DNA from: a virus
Lineage: Duplodnaviria; Heunggongvirae; Uroviricota; Caudoviricetes
IMG/VR virus record: IMGVR_UViG_2711768042_000003
DNA length: 39,964 nt
Strand: one strand, 5' to 3'
Positions 24,759-31,645 of this stretch are shown here, in pieces (positions within the stretch are counted from its first letter, which is position 1; each line of letters starts with the position of its first letter). The notes under the pieces were generated by a model that worked only from the letters and a program-made list of their open reading frames with translations, ran no database searches and was not told the origin of the DNA. Position numbers and translations under genes: made by a program.

Positions 24759-24780
24759 CTGTGCGACCGTGGTCGCACAG
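24759..24780. promoter_or_regulatory. centromere-like palindrome, extended form CTGTGCGACC-GT-GGTCGCACAG
   Basis: 22-bp perfect palindrome 18 bp upstream of the candidate late promoter -35. Confidence 0.55.
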
Positions 24781-24783
24781 TTT

Positions 24784-25011
24784 TTAGAAAGTTGCCTGCT
24801 TATATTCATCGGTCAAAGAATATCGACCAGACCCGCTACGCTTTGCAACCCCAAAACAGATCATCTGTTCGATGATAAATTCAACGGCAGCTTGACTCAA
24901 AAAACAGGCTTCGCTTAACTCTTTCAGGGAAATGCGTGGGTATCCACGCATAACACATTCCACACTCAGGGCCGCTTCAGTCATATTTCCACGAATTTCA
25001 TTAATATTCAT
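24784..25011 (-). CDS. small winged-helix-like DNA-binding protein (hypothetical)
   Basis: 75-aa ORF, second gene of a two-gene minus-strand operon. Confidence 0.5.
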   Translation of the reverse strand: MNINEIRGNMTEAALSVECVMRGYPRISLKELSEACFLSQAAVEFIIEQMICFGVAKRSGSGRYSLTDEYKQATF

Positions 25012-25024
25012 AACGCCTCTCTAA

Positions 25025-25264
25025 TCAATCTTGAAACTGGAAATCAACATCAGCCATAAAGCGGTTCAACTCAGCCAGTTTTGGCCCCATAGTCCCAACT
25101 AAGCGACCAGCCAGTCGGTCTGCCAGGTTGGTACTGTTGAAACCATATTCCTTTTCGAAACGTTCAACCTTCTGCCACAACTCATACAGTTCGTTAGCTA
25201 TCTCCGCAACGTCGTCGCGCATTTTTTCGTTACCTTGATAATTCATAATATCCTCCAAATTCAT
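25025..25264 (-). CDS. hypothetical protein
   Basis: 79-aa ORF divergent from the toxin-antitoxin pair. Confidence 0.5.
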   Translation of the reverse strand: MNLEDIMNYQGNEKMRDDVAEIANELYELWQKVERFEKEYGFNSTNLADRLAGRLVGTMGPKLAELNRFMADVDFQFQD

Positions 25265-25411
25265 ATAGTTAGTGGGTTATTGCCCCTCAATGACACGAAC
25301 TGTAACTCTGCCAAACGAACACATCCAGTGTTATTTTTCACTTTTTAGTGAAATTTTTAATTTGCGCTTTTTTCTTGTTTTGGTGTATTTTATGGCTATG
25401 GAGGCTATAAT

Positions 25412-25723
25412 ATGTTTAACGTGATAACCCACCCTGCAGCACTGGATGAACTGCTTGAACTACCAGATGATTTGCGAGGTCGCATGACCAGATTAATTGA
25501 GCGACTGGAGAAGGAAGGCAACAAACTGAAGATGCCCCATAGCCGTGTAATAGGTGGAGGGCTTTTTGAACTACGAGTAGGGGATAAAAACATCGCAAGA
25601 ACGCTGTACGCCTACGCGACTGGTAACGAAATTTATCTATTGCATGCATTTGTAAAAAAGACACAGAAAACACCGGTGAAGGCTATCGAAATCGCCAGAA
25701 CTCGCCTGAAGGAGATGAACTGA
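25412..25723 (+). CDS. RelE/ParE-superfamily toxin, Gp49/HigB-like
   Basis: 103 aa; GGAGG RBS; toxin-first order with ATGA overlap onto an XRE antitoxin. Confidence 0.75.
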   Translation: MFNVITHPAALDELLELPDDLRGRMTRLIERLEKEGNKLKMPHSRVIGGGLFELRVGDKNIARTLYAYATGNEIYLLHAFVKKTQKTPVKAIEIARTRLKEMN

Positions 25724-26010
25724 TGAAAGCGAAAGGCATCCCGTTTAACGAAGTAAAAGAAAAACTTCTCAACACTCCAGAAGCCATCAAAGGATATGAA
25801 GAGGCCGATAAAGAGCTGGAGATGGTCGAAATGTTATACGAAATGAGGGAAAGAGCAGGTTTAACGAAGTCAGCTCTGGCTGAACGAATGGGATTGCGCC
25901 CGTCAGCTATCAGCCGCCTGGAAAGCAATCCTTTAGGGGCAAGCATGAAAACTTTATCAAAATATGCCCAAGCATGCGGTGCAACGATTAATATTAATGC
26001 CGTCTATTGA
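25723..26010 (+). CDS. HTH XRE-family antitoxin (HigA-like)
   Basis: 95 aa with XRE-type HTH (LTKSALAERMGLRPSAISRLE). Confidence 0.75.
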   Translation: MKAKGIPFNEVKEKLLNTPEAIKGYEEADKELEMVEMLYEMRERAGLTKSALAERMGLRPSAISRLESNPLGASMKTLSKYAQACGATININAVY

Positions 26011-26053
26011 TTAGACCCTTTTCGCTACCCCGTCCAGAAGGGCGGGGTGTGTA

Positions 26054-26272
26054 TCAATGATGCAAACACTCAACAGCAATAACTTGTTGGCAATTCTGAG
26101 CAATCTCCCGCGACATACTAACAAGTCGTGAAATCTCGCCAAGATGCAAGCTGGCTTCTGGAGAAGCCAGAGCAACGCTAACCAGATCTAAAACGGCGTC
26201 GATGTCTTTTAGGTTTGATCCGAGTTCTTCAAGAGTTGATACAGGTGCTTCAGTCATTGAATCTAATACCAT
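26054..26272 (-). CDS. hypothetical small protein behind a LexA-box-like site
   Basis: 72-aa ORF, start 23 bp from the CTGT-N8-ACAG site. Confidence 0.5.
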   Translation of the reverse strand: MVLDSMTEAPVSTLEELGSNLKDIDAVLDLVSVALASPEASLHLGEISRLVSMSREIAQNCQQVIAVECLHH

Positions 26273-26294
26273 TTAATTAAAAAAGGTTATTTGA

Positions 26295-26312
26295 TACTGT
26301 ATAAAATTACAG
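26295..26312. promoter_or_regulatory. LexA-box-like site TACTGTATAAAATTACAG
   Basis: CTGT-N8-ACAG with AT-rich spacer, matching the SOS box consensus. Confidence 0.5.
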
Positions 26313-26514
26313 GGTAAAACTCAAATTTTATAGCCAACTTTCAATGGATTAACTGGTTAAATATCTTTGTAGTCCGATACTTATGTTCCCTTCCTACGCC
26401 TCGCCCAACCACTTTCAAAAGCCCATCACCACCATCAGAAAAGCTCTTTTCGCTCCGTTTTCGTATCATTTCAAAAAGCAATGCCTTTTTGTCCATTTAT
26501 CCCTCCGTGACCAG

Positions 26515-26841
26515 TCACACTTTGAGCGCAAGTTTCAGCCTCGTGGTTGTAAGGTGGCATGAGCCTTCACCATCAAAAATGCATTCTGAAACAGGCATTT
26601 TTTGACCACATCGCGGACAAGTAGTAGATAGCTGTTTCTGCAACTCCTTATAGTTTTTCCTGATCAGCAGTCCGATGACTTCGTTCTCTGAATATGGAAC
26701 TCGCCCTGGTCTACGCAATACACAAATTTCCCCCAACATACGTAACTCGTCAGGTTCCAGAATCCAGTCACGTCTTGATGTTCCTTCCTTCTTCAACCGT
26801 TCCCTGCGTCTTCTTTGCCGTTCTGCCGGTGTCAGCGCCAT
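26515..26841 (-). CDS. hypothetical protein with Arg-rich N-terminus and Cys cluster
   Basis: 108 aa; ERQRRRRERLKK at the N-terminus; CPRCG...C...C motif. Confidence 0.55.
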   Translation of the reverse strand: MALTPAERQRRRRERLKKEGTSRRDWILEPDELRMLGEICVLRRPGRVPYSENEVIGLLIRKNYKELQKQLSTTCPRCGQKMPVSECIFDGEGSCHLTTTRLKLALKV

Positions 26842-26856
26842 AAATCCTCCTAAAAA

Positions 26857-27447
26857 TTACTTAACCCAATTAACTACACCGCCAGCGGCCACAACCGCTT
26901 TTTCACAGTCACGCTCATATCTCAAAGGTTGAAATACACCATCAATAAAATATTTATCTCCACCACATGCTGCTGGAAGTGAAACAGAAAACTGAATACG
27001 ACCATCATCTGGCATTTGCTCACTACAGCTTATCCAACCATCCGGAGTTACCGGAGAGTTGCCAGACAGCTTGTTCAACTTGTAAGTCTGGCTTACAGGT
27101 TTGACACCGTGAAGCATGGTGGCGCGGCAGGCGTTCCAGCCTTCATCAAAACCGACTATGCCATTATTTAAAGTCGGACGAGCATCTGGCACCACCGGCA
27201 CTGGCTTGGCTATATATAGCGGCTGAACATACCAGCCCTTTGATAACCAACTGTCAGCAATGTTTTTACTCCTGGTTATTGCTGGAATACCTAAGCCATT
27301 GTCTGAATGTAGCCATGCCACCGGCTCCTCTTCCAGCGATGCCAGTGCGATTTCATAAGCTCGGCGCTCAATATTGTCTCGAACGTCCAGGCTACCGATT
27401 CGCTCTTTGATTTCTTTAATCAGTTCTTTGTCGGTAAACGTGATCAT
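26857..27447 (-). CDS. hypothetical phage protein
   Basis: Start MITFTDKEL overlaps the upstream stop as TAATG. Confidence 0.55.
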   Translation of the reverse strand: MITFTDKELIKEIKERIGSLDVRDNIERRAYEIALASLEEEPVAWLHSDNGLGIPAITRSKNIADSWLSKGWYVQPLYIAKPVPVVPDARPTLNNGIVGFDEGWNACRATMLHGVKPVSQTYKLNKLSGNSPVTPDGWISCSEQMPDDGRIQFSVSLPAACGGDKYFIDGVFQPLRYERDCEKAVVAAGGVVNWVK

Positions 27448-28025
27448 TATGCTCCAGCCTCCGGTGCTTTCGGCATTACTGCCCAATGAGTGATATTGAC
27501 GTTTTCAAGATCCCCGACCTGAAATGTCCACTGCCAGTCTCCGGTTTCTTTTTGTCCCCAGGTGTACCAGAGAGAACGCCAGCCAATAAGCCAGCCTTCT
27601 CCGTTAGCATCGAATAACAAAACACTTTCATTTGCAGGTGGCAGTTCAACTGACACTGGTGTTACTTTGTTTCCCTGTTCTACAATTCGCTTTCTTGCAG
27701 CTTCCAGCTCAATAGACAATTTTTCCAACTGCTCTTTATGCTTTTTGTATTCCTGATATGCGTGCCAGGACTGTCCTTTGCGCACGCTTTCAGTAATATC
27801 AGCAACCTGCTCTGGAGTTAGCGTAGTCAGTTGCTGGGCTGGAAAAATCATTACTTGTCCGGAATCCCAGTCAAAACCAGCCTGAATTGACTGAACATCA
27901 ACTGATGGTGTTGAACCAATGCTACCTGGTGAATGAACAACAATCGTTACATTCATATCGCAACGCTGGCTGTGTTTGTTGGACAAGATACGATTCACCA
28001 ACTCAGAAAATTTGGAAAATTTCAT
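27447..28025 (-). CDS. DUF551-like phage protein
   Basis: Trp-rich C-terminal domain ending ITHWAVMP. Confidence 0.6.
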   Translation of the reverse strand: MKFSKFSELVNRILSNKHSQRCDMNVTIVVHSPGSIGSTPSVDVQSIQAGFDWDSGQVMIFPAQQLTTLTPEQVADITESVRKGQSWHAYQEYKKHKEQLEKLSIELEAARKRIVEQGNKVTPVSVELPPANESVLLFDANGEGWLIGWRSLWYTWGQKETGDWQWTFQVGDLENVNITHWAVMPKAPEAGA

Positions 28026-28312
28026 GCGGATTCCCCTTTCTCTGCTTTCTCCTGTCGGAACATCATGATCATCAGATCACCTTTGGTTGCCACTCTGACT
28101 GTTGTGCCTGGTTCAATGCTGTTAAGTTCAAATGCGTCATAGAACGCTTCTAATGCCTTCTGGCGTAGCTCCTGTTTGCGCCGTTTTTTCCACTGTTTTA
28201 GAAAAACAGTGGCCGCCCACTTCCCTGCGCTGAACATGATGTAAAAATAACCAAACAGGGCCAGACCAGTATTCAGAACCGTATCGACCGTCATTGTTGT
28301 GTCGATATTCAC
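28022..28312 (-). CDS. small membrane protein (hypothetical)
   Basis: 96 aa with one hydrophobic segment. Confidence 0.5.
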   Translation of the reverse strand: MNIDTTMTVDTVLNTGLALFGYFYIMFSAGKWAATVFLKQWKKRRKQELRQKALEAFYDAFELNSIEPGTTVRVATKGDLMIMMFRQEKAEKGESA

Positions 28313-28731
28313 CGCACCACCTCATGAAAATTTCCCTGATAAAACGCCAGTACACGCTGCATAACTTCGCTCTTCCGACAATCGTGACAAATCATGTTCA
28401 AGCGCCTGTCGTAACGACGTATTTCTCCGTCAGGTAATGACCAGATAAGGTCTGGATCAACCACTACCGATTTCTTCGGCTTTACTCTTGATAGTTTTTT
28501 ACGGGCGTTTTGCCAGTCCTTGCGTGCTTGTGCAGACAGAAATATCCCGGAGCCAGAGATATACAAATCACCACTGGCAGCAAGCTCTCTTGATAAACGA
28601 CTAACAGCACACCGGCTAATACCAGTTTCATCCGCAAGTTGCCTAACCGTTCCTCGTCCATTCAGGCGCACGAGTTCCACAATTTGTTTATTCAGTTCTT
28701 CCCTCTGTTCTGGTGTAAAAGCCTTTGCCAT
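28309..28731 (-). CDS. HTH-containing hypothetical protein
   Basis: 140 aa, N-terminal HTH-like segment VRQLADETGISRCAVSRLSRELA. Confidence 0.55.
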   Translation of the reverse strand: MAKAFTPEQREELNKQIVELVRLNGRGTVRQLADETGISRCAVSRLSRELAASGDLYISGSGIFLSAQARKDWQNARKKLSRVKPKKSVVVDPDLIWSLPDGEIRRYDRRLNMICHDCRKSEVMQRVLAFYQGNFHEVVR

Positions 28732-29330
28732 TACGATTCTCCTTGCCCTTTTACAAGACGGGAGAAAATTGCGGATACATACTTAGCCTGATGAATAGCA
28801 TCAGCCAGGGCATTGTGTCGTTCACCATCAAATGGCATATCTTTTTTAGGATTGAAACCAATAAACTGACCAAGATTAACGATTGTTCGAACATCCTGAT
28901 CATTAAAATATTCCCACGGACAGGCTAAGCCAACGCGCTCATAAGCACCGCGTAAAATTACATTGTCGAATGTTGCTCCATTTCCCCATACTTTCAATTT
29001 TTTTAAATTACATGCATGGCAAGTAATAAAGTGTGATAATTCAAAAAGTGCATCCTTAATATTAAGGGCATCATTAGTACAAATTGCGGCTCTGGCTTCC
29101 TTGCTCTGTTTCAACCACCATAAAATGGTATCACCATCGGCGACACCACCATTCAACATCGAGCTTCTGAGATTCACTGGCACATAAAAAGTAGGACCTA
29201 ATTCCTCACCTTCTGGAGAAAAAAACACTGCCCCGATAGAAACAATTGGAGCACATGTGTTAGTACCCATTGTTTCAAGGTCAATCATTACATCAGACCG
29301 TTTCCTGTCGTAAATAATCTGATTAGTCAC
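28731..29330 (-). CDS. DEDD-type 3'-5' exonuclease
   Basis: DLETMG Exo I motif and C-terminal H...ALAD motif. Confidence 0.7.
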   Translation of the reverse strand: MTNQIIYDRKRSDVMIDLETMGTNTCAPIVSIGAVFFSPEGEELGPTFYVPVNLRSSMLNGGVADGDTILWWLKQSKEARAAICTNDALNIKDALFELSHFITCHACNLKKLKVWGNGATFDNVILRGAYERVGLACPWEYFNDQDVRTIVNLGQFIGFNPKKDMPFDGERHNALADAIHQAKYVSAIFSRLVKGQGES

Positions 29331-29353
29331 GAATAATTCTCCTCAACGTTTAT

Positions 29354-29557
29354 CTATACCCAAATTTTCTGTTGATATGTTCTGGATGGTTTTGGTGTTC
29401 TTTCTGATTCAGGTAAATGAACATAAACGCAATATCCATCACCTAAAAAATCAGAACGAACAACCAGAACTTTCTTACCACGCCGCCGATAAGTATCTGA
29501 AAGACGCTCTGCTTCATCATGCGTCATCGGCCCCTGCTTAAATGGCGTTATTTTCAT
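29354..29557 (-). CDS. hypothetical small protein
   Basis: Start taken at MKITPF; the longer ORF start lies inside the palindrome and is probably an artefact. Confidence 0.45.
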   Translation of the reverse strand: MKITPFKQGPMTHDEAERLSDTYRRRGKKVLVVRSDFLGDGYCVYVHLPESERTPKPSRTYQQKIWV

Positions 29558-29783
29558 TTTCTTGTGCGACCACGGTCGCACCCTCTCTGATTTCCAAGTA
29601 ACGCTTAATCCAAAGATTTTCTATATGCTTATTACCTGGCTGATTTGATAAATACCAATCGGCAATTACAGACTGCTTATTACTATCTGGTCGTGTCCTG
29701 TAACCACAAGTTGGACACCAGATAACATATTCATTTCTTACCCCCGAATACCTTAATTCCGGCTTCGACGGTTTCCTGAACAT
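29538..29783 (-). CDS. small zinc-ribbon protein (hypothetical)
   Basis: CPTCGY motif; start taken at internal Met to avoid overlap; the longer ORF reaches 29858. Confidence 0.45.
   Translation of the reverse strand: MFRKPSKPELRYSGVRNEYVIWCPTCGYRTRPDSNKQSVIADWYLSNQPGNKHIENLWIKRYLEIREGATVVAQENENNAI
29564..29581. promoter_or_regulatory. centromere-like palindrome GTGCGACC-AC-GGTCGCAC
   Basis: Overlaps the 3' end of one ORF (encoding ATVVAQ) and the initiation region of the next. Confidence 0.55.
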
Positions 29784-29790
29784 AACTTGT

Positions 29791-30501
29791 TTACAAAGGC
29801 AGAATGGCACTTCCTGCCCGATGGCGTTTGATGATTTCACTGCGCTTCTCCGCCGCATTTAATAATGCAGTTCGATTTAAGCTCAGACATCGCGACTTAA
29901 TTAAAAGCCAGCGTTCTTTATAATCTTGTCTCCAGCTATCAATAGATATATTCAGTAGAAAACTCAGCTGCCTGTCCTGTTCTCTATCATCAACTGCCTC
30001 AGCACACGTAAGTTCTGACTTAACCTGCTGTGCCGCGTAATAAATCAATTTTCTCATGGCTTTTTTCGTGGAGGCCTTCATTTTTTTAAACCCGCCACCC
30101 GAATGCGCAACCAGAAAATCAAGCCATAACCACTGACAAACAATCACATCATTGTTGTAGTTAGGCTTGCATCCGTAGCAATAATAAAGCCAGGCTGATT
30201 CCTCGTTATTCAACTGACCAATAGCCCTGCGCCAGCTGGCGCTCTGAAAATCAATATCAGTGAGCAACATTGATGATTGTTTAAATGTTTTGCCCTGGTG
30301 GAATCTAACCGGCTCAGCAGGAACAGACACTTCGTATGAGTTATCATCACCTACACTGATTGACCGGACTGGTTTATTGTTAAAGCGTCCTGATCTGCCT
30401 AGACGCATCTGCTCAAGCTGGACCTCTAGGATGCCACGCTGGCGATAATGAATATCAGCCAATGCCGTGGAGACGCAGCTGCGTATATACTCAAGCTCCA
30501 C
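29791..30501 (-). CDS. hypothetical early protein, possible Q-like antiterminator by position
   Basis: 236 aa directly downstream of the cro-like gene; Cys cluster YYCYGC; no family recognised. Confidence 0.5.
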   Translation of the reverse strand: MELEYIRSCVSTALADIHYRQRGILEVQLEQMRLGRSGRFNNKPVRSISVGDDNSYEVSVPAEPVRFHQGKTFKQSSMLLTDIDFQSASWRRAIGQLNNEESAWLYYCYGCKPNYNNDVIVCQWLWLDFLVAHSGGGFKKMKASTKKAMRKLIYYAAQQVKSELTCAEAVDDREQDRQLSFLLNISIDSWRQDYKERWLLIKSRCLSLNRTALLNAAEKRSEIIKRHRAGSAILPL

Positions 30502-30739
30502 GCTTACGGCTCTCCTTAATCGACTGCTTTACCCGCCGAGTTGTAAAGTCACTCTTCAGCTTGTAAGCAGTACGAACTTCAATATCACTTTGCCGCAATG
30601 AAGGAATCTCTCCAGCGGTTAACCATTGGTAAACAGCACCGGGTGTTACACCTACCCCAGCCGCTGCTTTTTCTACACTGCCAAAGTGGCGAATAAGTTC
30701 TTCTGGTTTCATGCGGTTATTATAAGCAATAAATCGCAT
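30491..30739 (-). CDS. cro: Cro-like HTH regulator
   Basis: 82 aa with HTH (VEKAAAGVGVTPGAVYQWL), divergent from the CI-like repressor; start may be the internal Met at 30712. Confidence 0.7.
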   Translation of the reverse strand: MRFIAYNNRMKPEELIRHFGSVEKAAAGVGVTPGAVYQWLTAGEIPSLRQSDIEVRTAYKLKSDFTTRRVKQSIKESRKRGA

Positions 30740-30740
30740 T

Positions 30741-30780
30741 TAAAGCCAGCTATAATAAATAAATTTTATAGCCAGCTATA
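30741..30780. promoter_or_regulatory. immunity operators: two 14-bp sites TAAAGC-CA-GCTATA and TATAGC-CA-GCTATA
   Basis: Inverted-repeat half-sites, centres 26 bp apart, between the divergent repressor genes and overlapping TATAAT-like hexamers. Confidence 0.55.
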
Positions 30781-30803
30781 AGAAGATCATTTATGATTAA
30801 GCT

Positions 30804-31400
30804 ATGAAAACACGAGGCGAACGACTGAAAGCACGCCGTTTAGAGATGAAGCTGACGTTGCGAGAAGTTGCTGAGGCTGTCGATATCTCTATTGCAGGCG
30901 TCCAAAACTTAGAACGTGGCGACGTAATGCCGTCACTGGAGATAGGTATTGCCCTGGCTAAATGCTTACGCAAGCCAGTGCATTGGGTGCTGTATGGGAC
31001 AGAATATGACCCTGATCGCATTCCTGTTATTGGCACAACTGAAAGTGGACCTGATGAAGAGTGGAAGCCAGGACAGGTTCCAAATACTGAGCGATTCCTG
31101 CCATTCATCAGCCAGCGCAATACTGTTTATGCGTTAACTATCAGCAATCTGGCGCAGGGAAACTATCAGCCAGGCGATTTTCTCCTGGTCGATTCTGCGC
31201 TGGAACTGGTTCCCGGCGAGGATGTTCTGGTTCGTGATACTGCAGGAAATATCACCATCCAGCGCCTGGCCCGTTTTGATGATGAAAATTACTATCTGGA
31301 CGGAACAAATTCACAACGCGCCATCTTCAGGAAAAGCGATCTTGAATTTGTTCACCAAATAGTCGGAACGATCAAATCATTCATGGTTGAGGGTAGATGA
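30804..31400 (+). CDS. CI/LexA-like prophage repressor (HTH plus S24-like C-terminal domain)
   Basis: N-terminal XRE HTH; C-terminal LexA-like fold; Gln where the catalytic Lys is expected (ITIQRL). Confidence 0.85.
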   Translation: MKTRGERLKARRLEMKLTLREVAEAVDISIAGVQNLERGDVMPSLEIGIALAKCLRKPVHWVLYGTEYDPDRIPVIGTTESGPDEEWKPGQVPNTERFLPFISQRNTVYALTISNLAQGNYQPGDFLLVDSALELVPGEDVLVRDTAGNITIQRLARFDDENYYLDGTNSQRAIFRKSDLEFVHQIVGTIKSFMVEGR

Positions 31401-31501
31401 CTTAATACGGGGTTTATTGTTTGCTGTAAATCTGGTTTAATGCAGAGCATATGTTCTGTGGGTTGACTCAGGTTACAGCAGCAGAAAAAAGACGAAAAAA
31501 A

Positions 31502-31530
31502 ACCCGAGTCGGCAAACTCGGGTCCTTTTC
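31502..31530 (+). terminator. hairpin plus U-run downstream of the repressor
   Basis: Stem ACCCGAG/CTCGGGT, then CCTTTT; A-run upstream allows bidirectional use. Confidence 0.5.
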
Positions 31531-31645
31531 AGGAAGCAGCCACAGTAACGCGACGGATTCCGTCAATTCAAGATGCGTTTATTGTGGCTGCTCCTGCGGA
31601 TTTTTTCAACCCGAAAAAACATAATTCGCATGGAATGGCTAAAAA

